Shown here one piece after another: positions 30,570-40,154 of a stretch of DNA of 64,000 nt. Location: positions 4,814 through 68,813 of the forward strand of contig JANRJF010000458.1 of the NCBI GenBank assembly GCA_033764095.1. Reading direction: 5' to 3'. Below the pieces are notes generated by a model that was given only the letters and a program-made list of their open reading frames with translations, ran no database searches and was not told the origin of the DNA. The first letter of the stretch is position 1. Each line of letters opens with the position of its first letter. The position numbers and the translations under genes are program-made. This DNA comes from Deltaproteobacteria bacterium (GTDB lineage: Bacteria > Desulfobacterota > Binatia > HRBIN30 > CADEER01).

Positions 30570-31364
30570 ATGACCATGACCTTCCGACAGATGATGACCC
30601 TTGAGCCGCATGGGCCGGACACCTACGTGGCGAGCGGGCCGCAGTATCCCTGGGGCGGGCTGTACGGCGGCCAGATCATCGCCCAGGCGCTGCGCGCCGC
30701 GACCCTGACCGTCGACGCGCCGTTCCAGTTGCACTCCTTACACGCCTACTTCATCCGCCTCGGCGACGCCGCCGAGCCGATCCGCCTGGAGGTCGATCGC
30801 ATCCGCAACGGCCGCAGCTTCCTCACCCGGCGCGTCGTCGCGCGCCAGGCGGTCGGTGCCATCCTCACCCTGGCCGCCTCCTTCCAGGTGCCGGAGCACG
30901 GCGCCGACGTGCAGATCGAGCAGATGCCGGCGGTGGCGCCGGCCGATGCGCTGCGCTCGGATGGGTGGAGCCCGCTGATCGAGCGCCGCCTGCTGCGCGA
31001 GGACATCGGCCCGGGTCGGGTCGGGGCATGGATGCGGCTCGCCGAGCCGCTCGGCGACGATCCGGTGCTCAACGCCTGCGCGCTCGCCTACCTGTCGGAC
31101 GACCTGCCGAGCGACGCGGTGGTCGCCGCGCACCCCGACCGACCGCCGCGCGGCACGCTGGAGCGGCGCTTCTGGAACGCCAGCCTCGACCACGCCATCT
31201 GGTTCCACCGCCCGCTGCGCGCCGACGCGTGGCATCTGCACGACGTCACCTGTCGTGCCCTGTTCAGCAGCCGCGGCCTGTCGACCGGCAGCGTCTTCGA
31301 CCACACCGGCCGCCAGGTGGCGACGCTGTCGCAGGAGGTCCTGATCCGCCCGGTGCGCGCCTGA
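30570..31364 (+). CDS. tesB: Acyl-CoA thioesterase II (TesB family)
   Basis: Double hot-dog TesB-like sequence. ~264 aa. Confidence 0.8.
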   Translation: MTMTFRQMMTLEPHGPDTYVASGPQYPWGGLYGGQIIAQALRAATLTVDAPFQLHSLHAYFIRLGDAAEPIRLEVDRIRNGRSFLTRRVVARQAVGAILTLAASFQVPEHGADVQIEQMPAVAPADALRSDGWSPLIERRLLREDIGPGRVGAWMRLAEPLGDDPVLNACALAYLSDDLPSDAVVAAHPDRPPRGTLERRFWNASLDHAIWFHRPLRADAWHLHDVTCRALFSSRGLSTGSVFDHTGRQVATLSQEVLIRPVRA

Positions 31365-31377
31365 GCGGCGCGCGCGC

Positions 31378-31806
31378 TCAGGCGCGCGGCAACGCGCCGG
31401 CGGGAGCGACGTCGCGCGGACCGACCGGCTCGCGGCAGTGATCGCAGACCAGCGTCGGCTGCATGGCGTGGCCGCACTGCCTGTGCAGCAAGGTCAGCGG
31501 CGGGCCGGCGTCATCGACCATCCAGCGATCGCCCCAGCGCAGCAACGAGACGATGACCGGGTGCAGGTCGCGCCCCTTCTCGGTCAGCCGATACTCGTAG
31601 CGCGCCGGCTTCTCCTGGTAGCGCACCTTCTCCAGGATTCCGGCGTCGACCAGCTTGCGCAGCCGGTCGGCGAGCAGATGGCGGGTGACGCCGAGCTGGC
31701 GCTGGAAGTCCTCGAAGCGCCGTGTGCGCAGGAAGGCGTCGCGCAGCACCAGCAGCGTCCAGCGGTCGCCGATCACCGACAGGGTCCGCGCGACCGAGCA
31801 CTGCAT
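31378..31806 (-). CDS. HxlR-family winged-helix transcriptional regulator
   Basis: CSVARTLSVIGDRWTLLVLRD is the canonical HxlR N-terminus. Divergent from the molybdopterin oxidoreductase. Confidence 0.8.
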   Translation of the reverse strand: MQCSVARTLSVIGDRWTLLVLRDAFLRTRRFEDFQRQLGVTRHLLADRLRKLVDAGILEKVRYQEKPARYEYRLTEKGRDLHPVIVSLLRWGDRWMVDDAGPPLTLLHRQCGHAMQPTLVCDHCREPVGPRDVAPAGALPRA

Positions 31807-31867
31807 GCCCCTGATCTCGTCCCAACGCACGCCCCTTCCCTACACGATTCACTTGCGTTCTGAAAGA

Positions 31868-31897
31868 GAACTAACTAGTTCCAATTCGGAACTAACT
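31868..31897. promoter_or_regulatory. AT-rich operator-like element: perfect 6-2-6 inverted repeat GAACTA-AC-TAGTTC plus a downstream direct repeat GAACTAACT, between hxlR and the oxidoreductase gene
   Basis: Read from the sequence. It overlaps the -35/-10 region expected for the 31912 gene (GGAGGA RBS at 31899). Confidence 0.45.
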
Positions 31898-31911
31898 CAC
31901 GGAGGACCGCC

Positions 31912-34260
31912 ATGCCGAGCCGAGCCGTCGATCCGTCGATCTCCGCCACGCCGCTCCCCACCGACGCCGAGAACCTCGCCACCGTCTGCGTCCTGTGCAG
32001 CCACAACTGCGGCCTGCGCGTCGACGTCGCCGACAACCGCATCGTCAACGTGCGCGCCGACCACGCGAGCCCGATCACGCACGGCTACGTCTGCAACAAG
32101 GGCTTCTCGATCGCCCACTACGTCGAGCACGCGCAACGCGTCGAGCATCCGCTCAAGCGCCGGCCGGACGGGACGTTCGAGCGCATCGGCTGGGAGCAGG
32201 CGATCGGCGAGATTGCCGCACGGCTGGGCGACATCCGCGCCGCGCACTCGCCGCGCGCGATCGGCCTGGTCGGCATCGGCGGGCAGGCCAACCACATGGA
32301 CGCGCCGTATGGCCTCACCTTCCTCTCGGCGCTCGGCTCGAAGCGCTGGTTCAACGCCTTCGCGCAGGAGAAGACGCAGCACTTCCTGGTCGACCAGTGG
32401 ATGTTCGACGCGCCGCCGTCGACCTTCTTCCACCCCGACATCGCCGCGACGCGCTTCCTGCTGATGCTCGGCACCAACCCGAAGATCTCCAACCGCGGCC
32501 ACAACGCCACCGAGACCTTCAAGGCATTCGCCGCCAATCCGGACCAGACGCTGGTGGTGCTCGATCCGCGCGAGACCGAGACGACGCGCACCGCCGACCG
32601 CCACCTGCGCATCAAGCCGGGCTCCGACGCCTACGTGCTGCTCGGCATGGCGGCGGCGATCGTGTCGAGCGAGGGCCTGGTGAACGCGCAGTTCGTCGAG
32701 CAGCAGACGGTCGGCTTCGAGGCGCTGCGCCGCGCGCTCGCCGAGGTGGACATCGACGAGATGGCGCGCCGCGCCGGCATCGCGCCCGCCGAGTTGCTCA
32801 CCCTGGCGCGCGAGTTCGCGCAGGCCGACTCGGCGGCGATCATGTTCGACCTCGCCATCGAGCACAATCTGTTCTCGACGCTCACCTCGTACCTCATCCA
32901 CGTGCTCTCGGTGCTGACCGGCAACGCCGGCCGGCGCGGCGGCAACATCTTCATGGAGGCGCTGACGCCGCCCGAGCACAGCCCGAAGCGCCACGCCGAG
33001 CCGGAGCGCGCGCTGGCCTCCGGCATTCCCGCCATCAGCGCGATGGGCGGCTTCGGCATGTTCTCGCCGACGCTGGTGCCGGAGGAGATTCTGCTCGACC
33101 ACCCGCAGCGCCTGCGCGCGCTGATCGTCGAGGGTGCCAATCCACTGCTGTCCTTCTCCGATACCCAGCGCTGGCTGGAGGCGCGCGAGCAGCTCGACCT
33201 GCTGGTCGTCATCGAGCCGGCGATGACCGAGACCGCGCAGATCGCCGACTACGTGCTGCCGACGCCGGTCGGCTATGAGAAGTGGGAGATCGCCGGGTTC
33301 CCGAAGGGCTATCCGGAGGTCTACACGCAGCTGCGGCCGCCGGTCGTCGCCGGTCCGCCGCACGCGCTGCCCGAGCCGGAGATCTACGTCCGCCTCGCCG
33401 AGGCGATGCAGCTCATCCCACCGGTGCCCGAATCGCTCATCGCCCTGGCGCCGCACGCGCTCGAGCCCGACGGCGCCGCCGCCTACATGGCGGAGGCGAT
33501 GACCGCGGCCGCCGGCAGCCAGGCCAACCTGCTGTTCTGGAGTTATCGCGCGCTCGGCCCGCACCTGCCGTCGCCGGCGGTCACCGCGGTCTGGGCGCAG
33601 GTGCACGCCAACGCCTTCGTCCGCTTCGACACGCTGATCCGGACGCTCGGCGAGGAGTGGCGCGAGCGCGGACCGTTCGCGGTGGCGCACGAGATATTTC
33701 GGCGCATTCTCGCCCATCCCGAAGGGGTCGAGATCGGGCGCGTCGATCCGGCGCGCGGCCTCGCCGACACCATCGGCTTCGACGACAAGAAGATCCGCCT
33801 GGCGCCGCCGCCGATGCTCGACGAGATCGGTCGCGCCGCGCGCACCGACCGGCCGACCGATCCCGACTTCCCGCTGGTGCTCGCCGCCGGGCTGCGCACG
33901 CAGTGGACCGCCAACACGATCCAACGCGATCCGGCCTGGCGGAAGGGACGCGGCCCGCACTGCGCGCTCAACCTGAGTCCGCAGGACGCGACGGCGCTCG
34001 GCATCAGCGCCGGCGAGCAGGTCCGCCTGGTGACGCGCCGCGGCGCCCTGGAGCTGCCGGCGGCGATCGACAAGCGCCTGCAGCCCGGCCACGTCTGGGT
34101 GCCGAACGGGTTCGGCACGCGTTATCCGAGCCGCGACAGCGGCGCGCTCGAAGCCGCCGGCGTCAACCTCAACCTGCTCACCAGCAGCGACGAGCGCGAT
34201 CCGTTCACCGGCTGCCCGCAACACAAGTACACCCTGTGCCGGGTGGAACGCTGCGGCTGA
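31912..34260 (+). CDS. Molybdopterin-dependent oxidoreductase catalytic subunit (MopB superfamily, formate-dehydrogenase/assimilatory nitrate-reductase-like) with an N-terminal 4Fe-4S Cys motif
   Basis: CVLCSHNCGLRV...C cluster. ~780 aa molybdopterin oxidoreductase architecture. GGAGGA RBS. Confidence 0.8.
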   Translation: MPSRAVDPSISATPLPTDAENLATVCVLCSHNCGLRVDVADNRIVNVRADHASPITHGYVCNKGFSIAHYVEHAQRVEHPLKRRPDGTFERIGWEQAIGEIAARLGDIRAAHSPRAIGLVGIGGQANHMDAPYGLTFLSALGSKRWFNAFAQEKTQHFLVDQWMFDAPPSTFFHPDIAATRFLLMLGTNPKISNRGHNATETFKAFAANPDQTLVVLDPRETETTRTADRHLRIKPGSDAYVLLGMAAAIVSSEGLVNAQFVEQQTVGFEALRRALAEVDIDEMARRAGIAPAELLTLAREFAQADSAAIMFDLAIEHNLFSTLTSYLIHVLSVLTGNAGRRGGNIFMEALTPPEHSPKRHAEPERALASGIPAISAMGGFGMFSPTLVPEEILLDHPQRLRALIVEGANPLLSFSDTQRWLEAREQLDLLVVIEPAMTETAQIADYVLPTPVGYEKWEIAGFPKGYPEVYTQLRPPVVAGPPHALPEPEIYVRLAEAMQLIPPVPESLIALAPHALEPDGAAAYMAEAMTAAAGSQANLLFWSYRALGPHLPSPAVTAVWAQVHANAFVRFDTLIRTLGEEWRERGPFAVAHEIFRRILAHPEGVEIGRVDPARGLADTIGFDDKKIRLAPPPMLDEIGRAARTDRPTDPDFPLVLAAGLRTQWTANTIQRDPAWRKGRGPHCALNLSPQDATALGISAGEQVRLVTRRGALELPAAIDKRLQPGHVWVPNGFGTRYPSRDSGALEAAGVNLNLLTSSDERDPFTGCPQHKYTLCRVERCG

Positions 34261-34359
34261 GACAAGGGGGTTAGGGATTAGGGAACAGAGACCAGTTCCG
34301 ACCTCAACTCAGTCCCCAACCCCCAACCCCATAGCCCCCCAACCCCCAAGGGATCCCAC
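34261..34359. repeat. G-tract/C-tract imperfect inverted repeat with telomere-like units (GGGGGTTAGGGATTAGGG ... CCCCAACCCCCAACCCC...CCCCCCAACCCCC). Potential hairpin or G-quadruplex/i-motif former in an intergenic region.
   Basis: Read from the sequence. It lies between the oxidoreductase stop and the next gene start. Confidence 0.5.
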
Positions 34360-34941
34360 ATGCGACTCGAGTACTTCTTCGACTACGTCAGCCCGTTCGC
34401 CTACCTCGCCGACACGCAGCTGCCGGCGCTGCTCGAGCGCACCGGGGCGGAGATCGTCTACCGGCCGTTCTTCCTCGGCGGCGTCATGCAGGCGTCGCAG
34501 AACTCGCCGCCGATCAACGTGCCGAACAAGGGGCGCTACATGTTCCGCGACCTCGAGCGCTGGTCGCGTCGCTACGGCGTGACGACCAACCCGAATCCGC
34601 ACTTTCCGGTGAACACCCTGGCCGTGATGCGCGCCGCGGTGGCGGCGCTCGACGACCCGCGCTTCGCCGATTTCCATCGCGCCATGTTCCGCGCCGTCTG
34701 GGTCGACGGGCAGAACCTCGGCGACGCGGCGGTCCTGCGCGCCGCCATCGCCGCCGCCGGGCTCGACGCCGACGCGGTGCTGGCGCGCGCCGCCGACCCC
34801 GACGTGAAGGCGACGCTGCGCCACAACAGCGAGCAGGCGGTCGAGCGCGGCGCCTTCGGTGCGCCGACGTTTTTCGTCGGCGACGAGATGTTCTGGGGCA
34901 ACGACCGGCTCGAGTTCGTCGAGCAGGCGCTGCGCGGCTGA
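34360..34941 (+). CDS. 2-hydroxychromene-2-carboxylate isomerase / DsbA-like thioredoxin-fold protein
   Basis: DsbA-family HCCA isomerase-like sequence (FFDYVSPFAYLA N-terminus). AAGGGA RBS. Confidence 0.75.
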   Translation: MRLEYFFDYVSPFAYLADTQLPALLERTGAEIVYRPFFLGGVMQASQNSPPINVPNKGRYMFRDLERWSRRYGVTTNPNPHFPVNTLAVMRAAVAALDDPRFADFHRAMFRAVWVDGQNLGDAAVLRAAIAAAGLDADAVLARAADPDVKATLRHNSEQAVERGAFGAPTFFVGDEMFWGNDRLEFVEQALRG

Positions 34942-34949
34942 GCAACCCG

Positions 34950-35678
34950 ATGAGTGCTCCGGGCGTCGCGCTGGTGGTCGGCGCCGGCGACGGGCTCGGC
35001 TCCGCCATCGCGCGGCGCTTCGCCCGCGCCGGCCATCACGTCTGTGTCGCGCGGCGCCACGCCGAGCCGCTCGCGCCGCTGTGCGGCACCATCGCGGAGG
35101 CAGGCGGCAAGGCCAGCGCCTTCGGTGTCGACGCGCGGCAGGAGGACGCGGTCATCGCGCTGTTCGACCGCATCGAGTCGGAGATCGGGCCGATCGAGGT
35201 CGCGGTGCACAACATCGGCGCCAACGTCTGGTTTCCGATTCGCGAGACGACGGTGCGCAAGTACACCAAGGTGTGGGAGATGGCCTGCCTGTCCCTCTTC
35301 CTGGTCGGTCGCGAGGCCGCCCGCCGCATGGGGCCGCGCGGGCGCGGCACCATCCTCTTCACCGGCGCCACCGCCAGCCTGCGCGGGCGCGCCCAGCTGG
35401 CCGCCTTCGCCGGCGCCAAGCACGCGCTGCGCGCGCTGGCGCAGAGCATGGCGCGCGAGCTCGGCCCGGAGGGCATCCACGTCGTCCACGTGGTCATCGA
35501 CGGCCCGATCGACATGCCGTGGATCCGCCAGAACTTTCCCGACCTGGTCGCGCAACGCCCGGCCGACGGCCTGCTCAACCCCGACGACATCGCCGAGACC
35601 TACTTCGCCCTGCACCAACAGGCGCGCAGCGCCTGGAGCTTCGAGATCGACCTGCGCCCCTGGGTCGAGCCCTGGTGA
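34950..35678 (+). CDS. SDR-family NAD(P)-dependent oxidoreductase
   Basis: VVGAGDGLGSAIARRFA Rossmann motif. YxxxK-type region (GAKHALRAL). Confidence 0.8.
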   Translation: MSAPGVALVVGAGDGLGSAIARRFARAGHHVCVARRHAEPLAPLCGTIAEAGGKASAFGVDARQEDAVIALFDRIESEIGPIEVAVHNIGANVWFPIRETTVRKYTKVWEMACLSLFLVGREAARRMGPRGRGTILFTGATASLRGRAQLAAFAGAKHALRALAQSMARELGPEGIHVVHVVIDGPIDMPWIRQNFPDLVAQRPADGLLNPDDIAETYFALHQQARSAWSFEIDLRPWVEPW

Positions 35679-35824
35679 GGCAGGGACCCGGTCGGGCGAT
35701 GCGACCGTCGAAGCCGGCGACCGGGCGTATGATCGCCCGACCGCGCTGGTCGTCGGCAGGATGATTCAGGTACGCGCGGACTCCTCCGACCGCGACGAGT
35801 CAGCGGATGGCGCTGCAGCGCGGC

Positions 35825-35980
35825 TCAGCTGTCGCCGCGGTCCTGCTGCTCGGTGATCGTGGGCCTGCGCTCAGCGTAGGGCTGGCCCGAATCCTCCGGC
35901 ACGATGCTCGAAGCCTTCGTCGCCTTCGGGAGCGACGGGACATACGTCGCTTTGCCGCTGTCGTTGATCCTGAAGAGCAT
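35825..35980 (-). CDS. Micro-ORF (51 aa, hydrophilic, Ser/Lys/Pro-rich: MLFRINDSGKATYVPSLPKATKASSIVPEDSGQPYAERRPTITEQQDRGDS) translationally coupled to the upstream metallophosphoesterase gene
   Basis: The ATG is 3 nt after the upstream TGA (TGACGGATG). A GGAGAGG RBS is embedded in the upstream gene's 3' end. GC3 is ~88%, matching genome coding bias. Below the 60-aa track cutoff. Confidence 0.45.
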   Translation of the reverse strand: MLFRINDSGKATYVPSLPKATKASSIVPEDSGQPYAERRPTITEQQDRGDS

Positions 35981-35983
35981 CCG

Positions 35984-38134
35984 TCACACCTCTCCGGGCG
36001 CTGTGCTTAGCATAGCTAGCACGGCTTGAGAAAGCATGTTTCGTATCCTTTCACCCTGGTTCGGATGAAGCAAAGCGGTTGTCGAGTCGGTCTGACTCTT
36101 GATGCCGATACGTAGCACGGCCCAGGGTGCGCCACTGATCCAGCTGAGTCCGAACCGGACGGGGACTGCCAGAAGCGCGGTTTCTCCAGGCAGGTAACCG
36201 AGCTCGAGATCGGCCGTCGAGTTGCCCTGGCGAGAGATGGAGACCGCTCCGTACCACGCCTGAGCCAGCATCGTACTGGTGTCGCGCAGCGTTACCTCCG
36301 GGGCGGGACGGTCGGTGCTCGGCGTCCCATCGGCGTCGAGAAAAGCGACCATGCCGAGGGTGTGTTGCCCGCTCGGGAGGTAGAGCGCGAAGGTCGCGTT
36401 GTGCAGCGGGCTAGCGGACAGCGCTTGGCGGAACGTGCCCAGGAGTTCGATACCGCGCTGACGCGCCACGGCCTGGAAGCGGGCGGCCTCGGGTGAGGCG
36501 TGTCCGGGCGGCGGCTTCCACACGATGGCATATCGGAAGCCCTTCCACGGATACGGGATCGTCACCGCGAACGAACTGTCGGTGAGTCTCTGCAGTCGAT
36601 GCGAGATCTCCGGTCGTTCTTCGGGCTGGCTGCCGGATTGGGCGACGTCCTGGACCAATACGCGGACGCTGTTGGGATCGGGGGCGAACTCGGGCGGCAG
36701 CCGAATCGCGAGCGTGAGAGCGGCGAACGATCCGCGCGGCAAGAGGCCCATGTATTCCAGCCCCTGGCGGCGAAACGGCCCGGCGCGAGAAAGATCGAGC
36801 GACGACATCTCCTCTTGGGTGAGGATCCCGCCTCCCAGCCAGCGGTACCAGAACTCGATCCGCTGGGGTTCAGCGGCGACGTCGTCCGGAACTTCACAGG
36901 CGAACCGCCAGGAGAAGTCGTCGTTGGGGGCCCGCTCGAACTTCAGATCGCCGGGCGGAGACCATCGGGAGCCGTGGCGGTTGGTGAATGTCACGCGCAG
37001 GTCCACCGGCACGCCGGTGGCGTTCTTGACCTCCAACGCCCACTTGTTGTTGTTGATCTTCCAATCGCTGCGGGTGCCGTGGACGAGCGCATCGCGTTCG
37101 CGCGTCACCTCCAGGTACATCATGACCTGGCTCGACGCCGGCCGGTCGAGATCCTTGCCGAACTGCCGCTGGAAGCGCGAGCGGCGCAGCTCATCCGCGT
37201 CGAGAAGGCCGATGCTCCGCGACTGCCACTTGGTGCCGTCGCGCGTCAGCACCTGCAAGATCACCTCACGCCGAGGTGTGAGGCGAAAGACGTTGAACGA
37301 CATATCCTGGGCGAGACACCCGCGCAGGGTCTCGTGTCCGGTGGCTGATCCTGCGCCAACCACCACGGACTGCCCGCCGCCCCCCTGCAGGGAGCCATAG
37401 CGTGCCCAGTTGGCGGCGTGCTCGTGTCCATGCAGGAGCAGGTCGATATGCGCCGAGGTCACGGTTTCGAGCAGCGACCCCGCGTTCACCAACGTCGTCA
37501 GGTTGAAGAGATCCTTGGTGCGGTTCTGCCTGGCCTCCTCGAGCGAACGAACCGGGAGCGGGTGATGGTGCGCGAGAAGGATGCCGAGATCGACCGCGTC
37601 CGCATCCTTCATCGCATGCTGCAGCGCTTCGCGGGTCGCGAGATCGACGAATCCGCGCGCCGCCGCGTCTGCCCGGGCCGACGTGTCGATACCCAGGATG
37701 CGCACGCGCCATCGGTTGCGGCCCTGGATCAGCTCGCGCTCGGTAAACGGGGCTTTCGACGCAGGTATCTGGTCCCGGAACTGGGCGTCGAACCACGCCG
37801 ACACGCGCGTCGGGCCCGCCCACCGCGCCCGCGCCGCCTCGAGCCAGCCGACCGACGCGATCGAGTTCCCGACTTGGTGCCGGTCATGGTTCCCCGGGCA
37901 GACGAAGAAGGGAATGTCGAGCCCGTCGAGCTCGTTCCATGCCTGTTTGTAGGCGGCCTGCGACGGTGAATCGACGATGTCGCCGGTCGCCAGTACCAGG
38001 TCGAAGTGCTCGTCCTTCAGGTAGCGCTTGAGTGATTTCCAGGTCTCGTCCTGGTGCGCGACGCCGAAATGGAGGTCGCTGATGTGGGCGATCAGCACGT
38101 CTTCACGCGGGGCGGTCGGGTTGGCCATGTTCAT
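35984..38134 (-). CDS. Calcineurin-like metallophosphoesterase (N-terminal ~290 aa: GDIVD, GNHD, GHEH motifs) fused to a ~430-aa C-terminal domain with no recognisable motifs
   Basis: MPE motifs I-V are visible (DLHFG, GDIVD, GNHD, GHEH). The C-terminal portion is beta-rich and W/K/N/F-containing with no motif I can name. Local GC is ~63-65% versus ~72% around it. Confidence 0.75.
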   Translation of the reverse strand: MNMANPTAPREDVLIAHISDLHFGVAHQDETWKSLKRYLKDEHFDLVLATGDIVDSPSQAAYKQAWNELDGLDIPFFVCPGNHDRHQVGNSIASVGWLEAARARWAGPTRVSAWFDAQFRDQIPASKAPFTERELIQGRNRWRVRILGIDTSARADAAARGFVDLATREALQHAMKDADAVDLGILLAHHHPLPVRSLEEARQNRTKDLFNLTTLVNAGSLLETVTSAHIDLLLHGHEHAANWARYGSLQGGGGQSVVVGAGSATGHETLRGCLAQDMSFNVFRLTPRREVILQVLTRDGTKWQSRSIGLLDADELRRSRFQRQFGKDLDRPASSQVMMYLEVTRERDALVHGTRSDWKINNNKWALEVKNATGVPVDLRVTFTNRHGSRWSPPGDLKFERAPNDDFSWRFACEVPDDVAAEPQRIEFWYRWLGGGILTQEEMSSLDLSRAGPFRRQGLEYMGLLPRGSFAALTLAIRLPPEFAPDPNSVRVLVQDVAQSGSQPEERPEISHRLQRLTDSSFAVTIPYPWKGFRYAIVWKPPPGHASPEAARFQAVARQRGIELLGTFRQALSASPLHNATFALYLPSGQHTLGMVAFLDADGTPSTDRPAPEVTLRDTSTMLAQAWYGAVSISRQGNSTADLELGYLPGETALLAVPVRFGLSWISGAPWAVLRIGIKSQTDSTTALLHPNQGERIRNMLSQAVLAMLSTAPGEV

Positions 38135-38318
38135 TCAGCGTCGTTGCACGCAGGGCTTCCGATGGAGCGCGAGCACGCCTACCCTAGGGAATGGCCGGCG
38201 TCGTGAACAACTCGGGAATTTCCCGTACATCGCGATGAGCCGGAGGCGGCGCGCGTCCCTCGACCGCGGGGACCGGAGGTGCTGGACTGCCAGGGTATCG
38301 CCGGCATAGCGTCGCGCG

Positions 38319-39110
38319 ATGACCGGACGGCTGAGCGCGGAGCAGGTCGACGCCTACTGGCGCGACGGCTTCGTCTGCGTGCGCGGGCTGTTCGACGGCG
38401 AAGAGATCGCGCCGTGGCTGGCGCGCACGCGCGCGCTGGCGAGTGGCGCCGTGACGCCGCCGGCGCCGATGCAGCTGGTGCGCGACGTCATGGTCGCGTG
38501 CGGCGTGGTGAAGCCGCTGACGCCGGAGCACGCGGTCTGCAAGATCAACTTCTTCGAGAACGACGACACGCTGATGACCTATGCGCGCCATGCGCGTCTG
38601 CTCGACTGTGTCGAGTCGCTGCTCGGCGAGGCGCTGCTGTTCGTCAACAGCATGCTGATCACCAAGCCGCCCGGCGTCGACGCGCGTCATCCGCTGCACC
38701 AGGATCTGCTCTACTTCGGCTTCCGCCCCGGCGACGAGGTGGTCGGCACCTGGACGGCGCTGGAGCCGGTGACGCGCGACAACGGCTGCCTGTCGGTGCT
38801 GCCCGGTAGCCACCGCGGCGAGCTGCTGGAGCACGAGGTGCCGGATTGGGAGCACGTCAACTTCGGCTTCCTCGGCGCCAGCGGCGTCGGCGCCGACAGC
38901 GAGCGGGTGCACGTCGAGATGGCGCCGGGCGACACGCTGCTCTTCCACTCGCTGCTGCTGCACGGCTCGGGCAGCAACCGCACCACCGGTTTTCGCCGCG
39001 CCATCTCGGCGCACTATGCGCGCCACGGCGCGAACGATCTGTGGGGCGGGCGCGACCAGCTTGCCAATCGCCCCTGGCTGCCGGTGCGCGGCGCCGCCGC
39101 GTCGGCCTAG
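38319..39110 (+). CDS. Phytanoyl-CoA dioxygenase (PhyH) family Fe(II)/2-oxoglutarate oxygenase
   Basis: HxD...H facial-triad context ([10 protein letters not shown] ... LHGSGSN). PhyH-like length. Confidence 0.75.
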   Translation: MTGRLSAEQVDAYWRDGFVCVRGLFDGEEIAPWLARTRALASGAVTPPAPMQLVRDVMVACGVVKPLTPEHAVCKINFFENDDTLMTYARHARLLDCVESLLGEALLFVNSMLITKPPGVDARHPLHQDLLYFGFRPGDEVVGTWTALEPVTRDNGCLSVLPGSHRGELLEHEVPDWEHVNFGFLGASGVGADSERVHVEMAPGDTLLFHSLLLHGSGSNRTTGFRRAISAHYARHGANDLWGGRDQLANRPWLPVRGAAASA

Positions 39111-40108
39111 TCGGCCGGCGTCGCGGCGCCGCCGTGCGGGAGTGCCGTCGCGGTCAGCTCGACCGAGCGCAGGCGCGCCTCCAGCGTCGGCGACGGGTGG
39201 ACGGTGATGAGCTCGTCGGCGTCGGCGTGGCGGGCGAACTTGGCGAGGTAGTCGCGCACCTCGGCCGCCGTGCCGACCGCCGAGTAGCGCGCCATGGACT
39301 GCAGGTGCCGCCCCTCCGGCGATTCGAGCAGCCCATCCACGTCGGCGTCGGTCAGCGCGCGCCCGCGGCCGAGCAGGGCGCGCACGCGGGCGCGGCGCAC
39401 GCTGGCGAACTGCGCCGCCGCGTCGGCCGCGTCATCCGCCGCGACGACGTTGACGCCGGCGATCACGTAGGGGTGGGCGAGCTGGGCGGACGGTTTGAAC
39501 GTCCGGCGGTAGAGGGCGACCGCCTCCTCCAGCGCGCCGGGCGCGAAGTTGGACGCGAAGGCAAACGGCAGTCCGAGCGTCGCGGCGAGCTGCGCGCCGA
39601 ACAGCGACGAGCCGAGCATGTAGAGCGGCACGTGCGCGCCCTTGCCGGGAATGGCGATGACCCCGGGGAACGGCGGTTCGTCGCCGAGGAACGCCTGCAG
39701 CTCGACGACGTCCTGTGGGAACGAATCGGCGGCGTGTGGCGTGCGGCGCAAGGCGCGCAGCGTGGTCTGGTCGGTGCCGGGCGCGCGCCCGAGCGCCAGG
39801 TCGATGCGGCCCGGGTGCAGGCTCTCGAGGGTGCCGAACTGCTCGGCGATCTGCAGCGGGGTGTGGTTGGGCAGCATGATGCCGCCCGCCCCGATGCGGA
39901 TACGGGTGGTCTGTGCGGCGATGTGCGCGATCACCACGCTGGTCGCCGACGAGGCGATGCTGGGGATGTTGTGGTGCTCGGCGTACCAGACGCGCGTGTA
40001 GCCGAGCCGCTCGGCCAGCTGGGCCAGTGCGACGCTGCCGGCGAAGGCATCGCCCGCCGTCTGGCCCGGACCGACGAACGCGAGGTCGAGAATCGACAGC
40101 GACACCAT
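39107..40108 (-). CDS. LLM-class (luciferase-like) flavin-dependent oxidoreductase
   Basis: TIM-barrel LLM sequence ([15 protein letters not shown]... WYAEHHN). Internal start at 40108. Confidence 0.75.
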   Translation of the reverse strand: MVSLSILDLAFVGPGQTAGDAFAGSVALAQLAERLGYTRVWYAEHHNIPSIASSATSVVIAHIAAQTTRIRIGAGGIMLPNHTPLQIAEQFGTLESLHPGRIDLALGRAPGTDQTTLRALRRTPHAADSFPQDVVELQAFLGDEPPFPGVIAIPGKGAHVPLYMLGSSLFGAQLAATLGLPFAFASNFAPGALEEAVALYRRTFKPSAQLAHPYVIAGVNVVAADDAADAAAQFASVRRARVRALLGRGRALTDADVDGLLESPEGRHLQSMARYSAVGTAAEVRDYLAKFARHADADELITVHPSPTLEARLRSVELTATALPHGGAATPAD

Positions 40109-40154
40109 GCGTTCGCATAGCACCGCTGCTGCCGCCGGCAAGCCGGCCCGGTAC

